Origin: a virus
Taxonomy: Duplodnaviria > Caudoviricetes
Reading direction: 5' to 3' (one strand)
IMG/VR virus record: IMGVR_UViG_3300045958_000007
Coordinates: 1-64,000 of that record
DNA: 64,000 bases
Part shown: one piece after another, positions 46,398-54,865 of the stretch
Position numbering within the stretch: the stretch's first letter is position 1
How the letters are laid out: each line of letters starts with the position of its first letter
Translations under genes and position numbers: made by a program
Notes under the pieces: model-generated
What the model was told of the DNA's origin: nothing
Seen by the model: only the letters and a program-made list of their open reading frames with translations
The model's database searches: none

Positions 46398-46769
46398 ATG
46401 AAGATCGCGGGCATGAAGTTCCTCACCGGCGCCCGGCTGCTGTGGCGCGAACTCGACTGGCGGAAGCAGCTCGTCATCGAAGCCCTCGCCGTCATGTGGG
46501 CCAACGTCGCGTGGGTCGATGGCCTACACCTCTGGCAGATGATCTCGAAGACCCGCGCGGCCGAGCTGGGCTTTTGCGGGGGCACGCTGGCCGGGCTGCT
46601 CCTCATGACCGCGTGGTATTGGCGCCGCCTGCGGCCTCGGATTCTCGCTGAACTGGTGGAGGCCTCATCAGGGCTGGCGAGCCGTGCAAGCCGTGCAGAA
46701 TCGACACCATCGACGCCTTGCGCGGTCCGGCGGGGCGGTTTCGGGGCGAGGGGGCGGCGGGGGCGGTGA
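46398..46769 (+). CDS. Two-TM membrane protein
   Basis: LVIEALAVMWANVAWV and GFCGGTLAGLLLMTAWYW. Confidence 0.45.
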   Translation: MKIAGMKFLTGARLLWRELDWRKQLVIEALAVMWANVAWVDGLHLWQMISKTRAAELGFCGGTLAGLLLMTAWYWRRLRPRILAELVEASSGLASRASRAESTPSTPCAVRRGGFGARGRRGR

Positions 46770-47056
46770 GCATCAACGATCAGATCCGGGAGCTCCGGGC
46801 GGCCGGCTTCCGCCCGGTGCGCCGTACCGTCTGGCTGGCGCCGTGGGGCGGCACCTTCCTTACCCCGCACGGGGCGTGGGATTCGATGCAGGCCAACCGG
46901 GAGCGCGCAGACCGTGCAAGGGCTGCAAAATCGACGGCATGCAAAGCCTGCGCGGCCGGGTCAACTTCCGATACGTTTCCATTATCGGAAGTCAGAAATG
47001 CCCCCCATCCCGGGAACCCTCCCGGTAACGTAGAGGAGAATCCGATATGCCGGTAG
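46766..47056 (+). CDS. Hypothetical protein
   Basis: GTGA-coupled; WLAPWGGTFLTPHGAW. Confidence 0.4.
   Translation: MSINDQIRELRAAGFRPVRRTVWLAPWGGTFLTPHGAWDSMQANRERADRARAAKSTACKACAAGSTSDTFPLSEVRNAPHPGNPPGNVEENPICR
46964..46992. promoter_or_regulatory. Operator-like inverted repeat with a third half-site at 47201-47210
   Basis: acttccgata-N9-tatcggaagt. Confidence 0.5.
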
Positions 47057-47595
47057 CGGCTACCTGGGCGCGCCGTATCGCGCAGATTCGCAAGGAGGTC
47101 GAGGCCTATTCCGTGGACCTTTCTCGCCGCGACGTGGAACGGATTTTCCGCGTGGGCGAGACGCAGGCGCTTGGGATCATGAGCGCGGCGGGAGGACGAT
47201 TATCGGAAGTCCGCGGGAAGATACTGGTGTCCCCCGAATCGCTCCTGGCCTACCTGAAGTACGGGCGGGCGGGGCAGGAGGCGGAGCGCGAGGCGGCGCG
47301 GCAGCAAAAGGTCGCGCAGCAAGTCGCCGAGATGGATGCGCGCCACCAGGAGGAGCCCCCGCTACTGGTTACAACCGTTCCGCGGCCGGTTGCCCGCGAG
47401 ATCGACCGCGGGGGCCTAGAGCACCCGCCTGCCGGCATTACGATCGAGCCGGGCCGGATCGAGATCCGGTTCGACGGGGCCGTCGACGCACTCGACAAAC
47501 TGAAGCGGCTGGCACTCCTGATCGCGCTGCATGAGGCGGAATTTGCCAAGTGGGCGGATGAGCAAGCCGAAGCGGGAAAGAGGAGGGCAGGGTAA
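47047..47595 (+). CDS. Hypothetical, possible DNA-binding protein
   Basis: LSRRDVERIFRVGETQALGIM HTH-like segment. Confidence 0.5.
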   Translation: MPVAATWARRIAQIRKEVEAYSVDLSRRDVERIFRVGETQALGIMSAAGGRLSEVRGKILVSPESLLAYLKYGRAGQEAEREAARQQKVAQQVAEMDARHQEEPPLLVTTVPRPVAREIDRGGLEHPPAGITIEPGRIEIRFDGAVDALDKLKRLALLIALHEAEFAKWADEQAEAGKRRAG

Positions 47596-47596
47596 G

Positions 47597-47947
47597 GTGA
47601 CTCCGGAACGCTCAGTTGCCTCGCGGGCTTCCTTTCGCGTGGCCCAGTTGGTCGCCGCGGCGTGGGAGGCCGCCAAGCGCGCGAGCGACCCGATCTCGGC
47701 AAGCGGCGTCTACCAGCACGAGCTCCTGCAGGCCTTCAACCAGTCCGAGGTGCGGGCTGGCTACTGGGATGCGCTGGTGGCGAACGAGTGGAACCTGATT
47801 CACTGCCCGGCAATCGAGGACGGCAGCCGATGGTGGGTCGTCAAAGTCGAAGCGACGGGAGAGGATCACATCGTCGGCCGCGGCAAGACCCCCGGGGAAG
47901 CGATGGATGCCGCTATGGCGAGGCCGGAATGGAGGCAGGAAGGATGA
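47597..47947 (+). CDS. Hypothetical protein
   Basis: GTG 47597; ends PEWRQEG. Confidence 0.5.
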   Translation: MTPERSVASRASFRVAQLVAAAWEAAKRASDPISASGVYQHELLQAFNQSEVRAGYWDALVANEWNLIHCPAIEDGSRWWVVKVEATGEDHIVGRGKTPGEAMDAAMARPEWRQEG

Positions 47948-48600
47948 CCGGCTACGCTTCCAATACCCGTACCCGCCGTAACCTTGACGCGCTCCGCCGC
48001 GCGAGTTGGCGAATTCTTTTGACGCCCGACAACCCGACCCCGCCGGATGATCTGCTCTTCGGCATCGACAACGGCGCATGGACGGCCCACCGCCAGAACC
48101 AGCCATTCGACGAGGCCGCGTTCGGCAGGCTTGTAGAGCGCCGCGGATCGTTCGCTGATTTTGTGGTGATACCCGACATCGTAGCGGGCGGGATGCGGAG
48201 TCTCGAATTCTCCGTCGCGTGGTTGCCTCGGCTGCGCGGCGTTCGCCGGCTGCTCCTACCCGTTCAGAACGGCATGAGCGTCGAGGAAGTTTCAGCGGTC
48301 CTTCGGGACTGGTCAGGCGTGGGGCTTTTCCTGGGTGGCGACACCGAATGGAAGCTCGCCACGATGTATCAGTGGGGGATGCTGGCCTGCGCGGCGCGCC
48401 GGTACTACCACATCGGGAGGGTCAACACGGCACGGCGGATCAGGCTTGCGGCTGAGGCCGGAGCAGATTCGTTTGACGGCACGAGCGCCACCATGTTTTC
48501 CTGCACGGTCCCGCTGCTTCAGGCTGCTAGATCGCAGCCGAGCCTATTGGTTCCGTCGATGGCTCTGGGAGCAGCCCCGGAATGGAGGCAGGAAGGATGA
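47924..48600 (+). repeat. 24-bp exact direct repeats (47924-47947, 48577-48600) bracketing the TGT-like gene
   Basis: ccggaatggaggcaggaaggatga in both copies. Confidence 0.95.
47944..48600 (+). CDS. TGT/DpdA-like TIM-barrel protein (possible base-exchange DNA modification)
   Basis: IDNGAW, IPDIVAGG, LFLGGDTEWK, HIGRVN, DSFDGTS. Confidence 0.6.
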   Translation: MTGYASNTRTRRNLDALRRASWRILLTPDNPTPPDDLLFGIDNGAWTAHRQNQPFDEAAFGRLVERRGSFADFVVIPDIVAGGMRSLEFSVAWLPRLRGVRRLLLPVQNGMSVEEVSAVLRDWSGVGLFLGGDTEWKLATMYQWGMLACAARRYYHIGRVNTARRIRLAAEAGADSFDGTSATMFSCTVPLLQAARSQPSLLVPSMALGAAPEWRQEG

Positions 48601-49720
48601 GCGCGATACCCGTGCTGCGCGACGAGCGCGAGATTCAACGTGCGCACGACATCCTGGAGGCAGTCGTCCGGGGCGAGGTGAACGTGTCCGTTGATGACGA
48701 GAGCCGTGCGCACATATTCGGCGCCCTGGACGTGCTGTGCTGGGTCCTGCACCATGACCACAACCACACCTTCCCCTCCAATCTGGCCCGAATCGAGCGC
48801 GCGATGGAGAGGGCCGGCTACGTGCTGCGGGAGCGACTCCAGTGACGGCGACCGAGCCCACTCCAGCACCGCGCAGCGTTTCCTTTATTCCGCAGTGGAG
48901 GATGGTGAAGCGCGGCCACGTATGGCATTGTCGGAACCTGCTGGATCAAACGCATGCCGTGGTGGGCTTCGTGCGCTTCAGCTACGACGGGTGGGACGGC
49001 TACGTGATGACGGGAAAGAAGTGGCCGGATGCCGAACGCTGGATCGATAACCGCGGCGGCCGTAAATTCTGGGAGGCGCGGCGGGCGGTCGAGCACGCGA
49101 TCCGGAGAGAACGACAGGAGGAGGGGATCATTTGATGCCACGGAAGCCAGGGCCGCCGCTCGGCGGGGAGGTGAACCCGGAGCAGGGAGTGCTCGCGGAG
49201 GTGCGGGAGCATTGGTACAAGATAGCCGGCATCCTGCTCTACAAGCTGAACAAGGCGCAGGGGCGCGGCGTCTCTGAGGAGGTCGACATCACCATCGACG
49301 ACCTGCAGCGGTTCGCGCGGCTGTTCGGCGATGAAATGCCGGCGGTGGTGTACTACCCGAGCGACGACGTGATCCGGCTGTGGCTGTTGCCGGAGTCCGA
49401 AGCGCGCAAGAAAGCGAGGCAGTGAGGTGAGCAACCCCAACATCCAGGTGGAAGTCACCGACATGCGGGAGATCCACTGTTTCCGGCTGGTCTTGAACGC
49501 CGCGGCCTCGGCCGATGATCCCGAGCGGCGCCCAATCGAGATCATGCTACGCGCCACCGACCTGGTGGACCTGATTCACAAATGCTCCGAGGCGCTCTGC
49601 GACTGGCAGGCGCAGACGTCCCGGTATTTGCTGGACAGGTATAGGCAGGTACTGACCAACGACGACAGGGCACCGGCAAACGCCCAGCCGAGTCCGTCGA
49701 CGACGGGGGGACAGGACTGA
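48597..49720 (+). other. Four coupled small hypothetical CDS (48597..48845, 48842..49135, 49132..49425, 49427..49720)
   Basis: Overlapping start/stop chain, protein-like translations. Confidence 0.55.
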
Positions 49721-49721
49721 G

Positions 49722-51062
49722 GTGCGCGCGCTCCTCCTCCATCTCGACGGCAAGCTGCCGAATCTCGCTTTGATGCGGATTGCCGCGCATCATCGCTCGC
49801 TTGGCGACGACGTGGAACTGCGGCGGCCCCAAAACCCCAGGATGATCGAGCGCGGGCTCTGGGATGCTCCGGACCGGGTATATGCAAGCCTAGTTTTCCG
49901 ACGAACGATCCCCCTGGCGTTGCGGTTGAAAGAGGTTTACCCCGACGCGATTCTGGGCGGAACGGGTTGGGACCGGCGCGTCAGGCTGGAGCAAGTGGGT
50001 ATCGAGACACCGAATCTCGACTACAGCGTTTATCCGGGCTATGCGCACTCGATCGGGTTTACGCAACGCGGGTGCCGGATGAGCTGCGAGTTCTGCGTTG
50101 TGCCGGCCAAAGAGGGAAGGCCACGCCCGGAAACATCAGTCCGGAAGATCTGGCGTGGAGAGCCGTGGCCGCGGCACCTTCTGTTGCTCGATAACGATTT
50201 CGGTGGCCTGCCTGGCTGGCGCGAGAACGCCCGTCAGATTATCGAGGGCGAGTTCAAGGTGTGCTTTTGCCAAGGCATCAACGCGCGGCTGCTAAATGAA
50301 GAACTGGCCGAGGCGCTGGGCGCGATGAAATGCACCGATGACGACTTCAAGGAGCGGCGCATCTACACCGCCTGGGACAGCCGCCGCGATGAGAAGATCC
50401 TTTTCCGTGGGCTCAACTGGCTGGTGGCCGCGGGTTTCCGTCCCGACGACATCATGGTCTACATGCTCATCGGCTACTGGCCGAACGAGACCGTTGAAGA
50501 TTGGGAATACCGCCGGGGCAGGCTTCGGGATTTCGGATGCAGGCCCTTCCCGATGGCTTATATTGACAGCACCACCACGCCCGATGAGGCGAAGCTGCGC
50601 CACGGCTTCCAGCGGTGGGTGATTCGGCGCGACGACCTGAAAATGTCATGGGCTGAGTTCATGGGTGCCGGCTTCCGGCCGGAGAAGGTGAGACGGTGCG
50701 CCGAGTTACCGATTTTGGAAGTGCCAATGACGGGTGAGCGCGTGAGCCCTTACGGTCACCATTGGCGCACGGTGCTCAGGCCCGAGACTCTCGCCCGGGA
50801 CTGCTACGAGTGCGTCCGCTGCGGGGTCGGCGATCGCCCGCGGGGGCTGCGCACGGCGCTCGAGGTGGCGCACCTGGACGGCGACGTGACGAACAATGCC
50901 CCGGAGAACCGCGCTACGCTCTGCAATACGTGCCACAAGGCGCACGACCATGAGGCCTGGTGGCCGAAGTTCCAGGCGTGGCTGCTCGCGGAGCGGGAGC
51001 GGAAGATCGACGCGGCCGACGCGCGGCGGCCGATTCTGGAGTACTTGAGGGAGGCGGTGTAG
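49722..51062 (+). CDS. Phage radical SAM protein with in-frame C-terminal HNH nuclease domain
   Basis: PNLALM, RGCRMSCEFCVVP (CxxxCxxC), LLDNDF; then CVRC...EVAHLDG...NNAPENRATLCNTCHKAHD. Confidence 0.8.
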   Translation: MRALLLHLDGKLPNLALMRIAAHHRSLGDDVELRRPQNPRMIERGLWDAPDRVYASLVFRRTIPLALRLKEVYPDAILGGTGWDRRVRLEQVGIETPNLDYSVYPGYAHSIGFTQRGCRMSCEFCVVPAKEGRPRPETSVRKIWRGEPWPRHLLLLDNDFGGLPGWRENARQIIEGEFKVCFCQGINARLLNEELAEALGAMKCTDDDFKERRIYTAWDSRRDEKILFRGLNWLVAAGFRPDDIMVYMLIGYWPNETVEDWEYRRGRLRDFGCRPFPMAYIDSTTTPDEAKLRHGFQRWVIRRDDLKMSWAEFMGAGFRPEKVRRCAELPILEVPMTGERVSPYGHHWRTVLRPETLARDCYECVRCGVGDRPRGLRTALEVAHLDGDVTNNAPENRATLCNTCHKAHDHEAWWPKFQAWLLAERERKIDAADARRPILEYLREAV

Positions 51063-51064
51063 GG

Positions 51065-51292
51065 GTGAGGAACGAGTTACTGGAAAGAGCCGCGGCAGTG
51101 ATGCTCCAGCACGTCGGTACCGTTCTCTGCCCCAAGTGCAACGAGCCGGTGAAAATCTGGGCCGAGCCGGGCGAGAAGCTGATTCGCGCGGGGGCGCCGC
51201 GGTGCCCTGAGTGCAAGACGCAGCTCTACGATCAGGCGCGGGAGTTGCTCGGCCCGGCGGCAGCGTCGCCCCCGGCACCGGCGGGGTCCTGA
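51065..51292 (+). CDS. Zinc-ribbon protein
   Basis: CPKC...CPEC. Confidence 0.5.
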   Translation: MRNELLERAAAVMLQHVGTVLCPKCNEPVKIWAEPGEKLIRAGAPRCPECKTQLYDQARELLGPAAASPPAPAGS

Positions 51293-51497
51293 AGCTCCAG
51301 GCAGGCGCGCCAGACCCAGAGGATTAGCGCCAGCTCCGGGAAGAATACGCGAAGGCCGAGGTGCTCTCCGAGTTCGTCCGCCGGCATGACATAGCCGGGG
51401 CTCCCATCGGGTATCCCGAGGAACTTCCCATAGCCGTAGCGATCGACAAACCGGACCGTGGTGCCCGGGGGCAGTGGGGTGCGAATCAAACCCCTAC

Positions 51498-51773
51498 CTA
51501 CCCCGCGGCCATGGCCTTCTTCTTCGCCGCTGCCCACCGCTTCCGCTGCGCGGCGGCGATGCGGGCGCGCCCCTCCGGGCTGATGCGCGAACGCTTGCGC
51601 CGCAGGGCAGGAGCAGCCACAACCCCGACCATCTCGGACCCGTTGCGGGTTTGGACGCGGGCTCCGATCCGCCGCTTCAGTTCCGCTATCTTTCGGTTGA
51701 TCGTGGCGAGTTCCAACTCGTAGCCGAGTAAGGCGGCATAGAGAAGGTCGTCGTTGCGCTCCGGAGTGGGCAT
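51498..51773 (-). CDS. Coiled coil plus basic tail, nucleoid-protein-like
   Basis: LELATINRKIAELKRRIG; RISPEGRARIAAAQRKRWAAAKK. Confidence 0.6.
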   Translation of the reverse strand: MPTPERNDDLLYAALLGYELELATINRKIAELKRRIGARVQTRNGSEMVGVVAAPALRRKRSRISPEGRARIAAAQRKRWAAAKKKAMAAG

Positions 51774-51845
51774 ACGGTCATCATACCGCCCGAGTGTGTG
51801 GATTCGAGCAGTACTGCGGATGGTTTCGCTCCTACAATCGATGCC

Positions 51846-52193
51846 ATGGCAGGAGAAGCTTTGACCATCCCGAGCGGGACGCGGACCGGCAACACGAACG
51901 CCCGCGGTTACCGCCTACAATGCGGCCGGGTGACCATTTCGGGCCCGACCTTTCAGGAAGTGCGCGAAGCCTGCGCCGAGATCGCGGGTGCGAGCGGCGG
52001 CGAGTGGGGAACGAATGCCAGAGGCTCGATGACCGGGACCACCGGGAACACCGGGACCGGCAGCCGGCGCACGCTGACGGCCGCGCACCGGAAAAAGATC
52101 AGCCAGGCGCGGAAGCGCCAGACCGCGCAGACCGCGCAAACCCAGCAGGGGCAAGGCGCGCAGCCGGCCAAGACGCGGACCGCTGGCGCATAA
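51846..52193 (+). CDS. Small protein with basic NUMOD3-like tail
   Basis: RRTLTAAHRKKISQARKRQ; TACAAT 13 bp upstream of the ATG. Confidence 0.5.
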   Translation: MAGEALTIPSGTRTGNTNARGYRLQCGRVTISGPTFQEVREACAEIAGASGGEWGTNARGSMTGTTGNTGTGSRRTLTAAHRKKISQARKRQTAQTAQTQQGQGAQPAKTRTAGA

Positions 52194-52247
52194 TAGAAAG
52201 CGCCTGCATGGCGAAATGACGGGGGCCGCGCTGGGAAGATGGGCACC

Positions 52248-52463
52248 TTACCCGCCGCCCCCGTCTCCGCGCTTCGGGTGACGGCGGCGCCACTCGGCGC
52301 GCGCGGCCTCGAGCTGCACTCGAAATGTCTCCCGGGTAGAGCCGTGGACCGCCATGTAGTGCGCGGCGCAGCCATAGCGGATAAGCTGCCGATCCGTCAT
52401 GGCGGCGAGGCGCTCGCGAAGCGCGCCCAGGTCCAGGCCCTCCTCTCGCGTGAAGGCGTACAT
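52248..52463 (-). CDS. Small hypothetical protein
   Basis: LRERLAAMTDRQLIRYG...QLEAARAEWRRR. Confidence 0.5.
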   Translation of the reverse strand: MYAFTREEGLDLGALRERLAAMTDRQLIRYGCAAHYMAVHGSTRETFRVQLEAARAEWRRRHPKRGDGGGG

Positions 52464-52509
52464 AGCCGTGCCCCGGCTCCCACGATACGATAAGGGCAGG
52501 AGCCCGTGT

Positions 52510-52917
52510 TTGACCCGCCGTAAGCTGTTCTCTGCCCTCGTTGGCGCCCCCGCTGCAATACCCGCAAAACCGGCGCCGCCGCCCAAGTTCGCCGTGCGGG
52601 AGTCCGGGTTTTGCGTGTGCGGCGGAGCCATGATCGCGCACGGCAGTTCTCTCGAGGGGACGGAGTATTTCTCCTGCACCCGTCCGGACTGTCCGCAGTA
52701 CGACGTACCCCTGAAGCCCCCACGCATGGAGACGGAGCGCGCCGATCCGCGCGTAGTGCAGCGGGTACGGGCCCGGGAAGCGGCGGGGCAGAGGCAGGCG
52801 GATCTCGACCGCCCGCACGGTCTCTATGACTGGGTGCGCAGGCGTTACTGGCACGCGGCCAGGGGCGAGTGGGTGGATGCGGCCCCGTTCGACACCGCGA
52901 GGCGGCCAAAGGCGTGA
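52510..52917 (+). CDS. Protein with Tat-like N-terminus and Cys cluster
   Basis: TTG 52510: TRRKLFSALVGAPAA; CVC...C....C. Confidence 0.45.
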   Translation: MTRRKLFSALVGAPAAIPAKPAPPPKFAVRESGFCVCGGAMIAHGSSLEGTEYFSCTRPDCPQYDVPLKPPRMETERADPRVVQRVRAREAAGQRQADLDRPHGLYDWVRRRYWHAARGEWVDAAPFDTARRPKA

Positions 52918-53276
52918 AGGTCTACAACCGCGCCGATTTCTTGACGCTGCCCGAGGGGGTGATCTTCTGCAGCGGCCCCCAATGGGCCTTCGGCAACCTC
53001 CGGGTGAAGGGCGAATCGCTCCTCCGGTCTAACGATTTCGTGTGCCTGGAGCTCCAGTGGATCGACTCGCGCGACAGCGGCGAGGCGGTGGACCGGCTGG
53101 ATGCGATGCTCCAGGCGGGCGCGAGCTACCCGATGAACGGCGACTACGGCCGCGACGGGTGCTTCGCCGACGAGGAGGTGTTCCTGGTGTGGGAGCGGGC
53201 CGACCTGGAGCGGCTCATGCAGTACTGCGAACGCGCGATTGAGGCGACCGCCGGGCGGCCGGTGGCCGGCGCTTGA
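52914..53276 (+). CDS. Hypothetical protein
   Basis: GTGA-coupled start. Confidence 0.55.
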   Translation: MKVYNRADFLTLPEGVIFCSGPQWAFGNLRVKGESLLRSNDFVCLELQWIDSRDSGEAVDRLDAMLQAGASYPMNGDYGRDGCFADEEVFLVWERADLERLMQYCERAIEATAGRPVAGA

Positions 53277-53438
53277 TTTCCCTGCAACTACACCCCGACG
53301 ACCGCATCGTGTGCGAGCGGTGCCTCCAGGAGCCGGCCGCCTGCGATTGTGAAGATGGGCCCGGAATCAGCCGCCGGTGGAAGCCGCTCGGAGAGGTGCT
53401 CGCGGCGAGGGACCGCGCCCGCGCGGCGAGGGAGAGCC

Positions 53439-53672
53439 ATGGCAAACCAGTTCATTCCGGTGGTGACGATTGCGCACGAGGTCTACCTGAGTGCGATCGC
53501 CAACGGGGCGACGCGGGCGAAGGCCCTGGACCTGGCTCGGAGGTTCGCCGGCTCTCACTGCCTGGCCCGCGGCGGAGCGCATAGGTTCTCCGACGACGAG
53601 ATCCGGCTCGGGGTCTGCGATTGCGAGGGTTGCCGAGCCTCCCGCAGCCTCCCCGAAAGGCCCGCACCCTGA
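53439..53672 (+). CDS. Small protein with coat-like N-terminus
   Basis: RBS agggagag; MANQFIPVVTIAHEVY. Confidence 0.5.
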   Translation: MANQFIPVVTIAHEVYLSAIANGATRAKALDLARRFAGSHCLARGGAHRFSDDEIRLGVCDCEGCRASRSLPERPAP

Positions 53673-53800
53673 CCCCTCCCTGCGCCTGGCCGTTTCGTCC
53701 TGGGGCGTCCTGGAGCCCGAAAGGTGGCTAAATTTCGGCGAGAGGCAGGAAAATGGACGTTATGGCCGATTTCACGCGCGCTACTGGTGGGAGTCGAAGA

Positions 53801-54073
53801 GTGAACCGTCGCGGATTTCTCGCCCTGCTCGCCGGCGCCGTCCTCGATCCCGAGCGGCTGCTTTGGCGGCCGGGAGCAAGGCTCATCTCCATCCCCGCCC
53901 CGGCCCCGGCGCCGGCGCGGATTCAGGTTTGCGAGATTCTTACGCCGGAGGTGATCTCCTCCGAAGTCCTCCGCATGATCCAGGCGCACCTGATCGACAT
54001 GAGCCGGATCAACTTCCACTTCCACCGGGATGCGTTCGCGTTCGTCAGCGAGCCGCTCGGGGACCGCTGGTGA
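53801..54073 (+). CDS. Tat-like leader fused to two coat-protein-like segments
   Basis: MNRRGFLALLAG; ILTPEVISSEVLRMIQAHL; FHRDAFAFVSEPL. Confidence 0.7.
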   Translation: MNRRGFLALLAGAVLDPERLLWRPGARLISIPAPAPAPARIQVCEILTPEVISSEVLRMIQAHLIDMSRINFHFHRDAFAFVSEPLGDRW

Positions 54074-54238
54074 CCCGCGGGGAGCAAGGGCTGGCTCCTC
54101 TGGCTCGTCGTCTTATGCGGCTGGTTGGTGCTCTCGATCGCGTTCGGCCTGTCTGACGGGCCAGTGACGGGCCTGATCGCGGCCGGCGTCGGGATCGTGC
54201 TGTGGGCGTTCATCTCGCTCATGGCCCATTTCGGCTGA
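54070..54238 (+). pseudogene. Two-TM membrane protein with apparent +1 frameshift (G run 54079-54082)
   Basis: GTGA start; removing one G gives MTRGSKGWLLWLVVLCGWLVLSIAFGL...GIVLWAFISLMAHFG. Confidence 0.5.
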
Positions 54239-54257
54239 ATTGCGATAATTCACTTAT

Positions 54258-54860
54258 ATGGGCTCCGACCTTTCCGCCCCGCTTCTGCAGGTAATCCGCA
54301 AGCTCCAGCAGACACCGACCAAGGGCGAGGCCTCCCGTATCAAGCGGCGTTTCGCCAATGCAACCGACGCGGTGGCGGTGGTGTGCGATGTATCGCCCTC
54401 GATGCTCGACACCATCGGGAGCTACGACCTGCGCAAGTGGGACCAGCTCAGGATTGCGCTGGCGGACGTGTATCTCGGGTTTCCGGGCATCCATGTGATC
54501 GCCTTCGGGTCTTACGTTCGGAAGATTGCCGCGCTCGCCGAGCTGCCCGCGGGCGGCGCGCTCGGCGGCAGCACCAACATGGCGGCGGCGATCCAGGCGG
54601 CGGCGGAACTGAAGCCGCGGAAAACCATCATCATTTCGGACGGCCTGCCGGATTCGACGACGCTCGCGCAACAGGAGGCCGAGGCCATGACGGGCGCGAT
54701 CAGCGCCATCTACTGCGGGCCCGAGGGACATCCCGGCGCCGAATTCTTGTACGGCCTGGCGCGGATGTCCGGAGGCCGCGGCGTGGTGTGGGAAGGACGC
54801 GAGGCCTTGACGGGCGTGGTGCGCAACCTCCTGGCGGCGCCGGCCGCCGCGCAGCAGTAG
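54258..54860 (+). CDS. VWA-domain protein
   Basis: MIDAS DVSPS, GGSTNM, IISDGLPD, GLARMSGG. Confidence 0.85.
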   Translation: MGSDLSAPLLQVIRKLQQTPTKGEASRIKRRFANATDAVAVVCDVSPSMLDTIGSYDLRKWDQLRIALADVYLGFPGIHVIAFGSYVRKIAALAELPAGGALGGSTNMAAAIQAAAELKPRKTIIISDGLPDSTTLAQQEAEAMTGAISAIYCGPEGHPGAEFLYGLARMSGGRGVVWEGREALTGVVRNLLAAPAAAQQ

Positions 54861-54865
54861 GGGAA

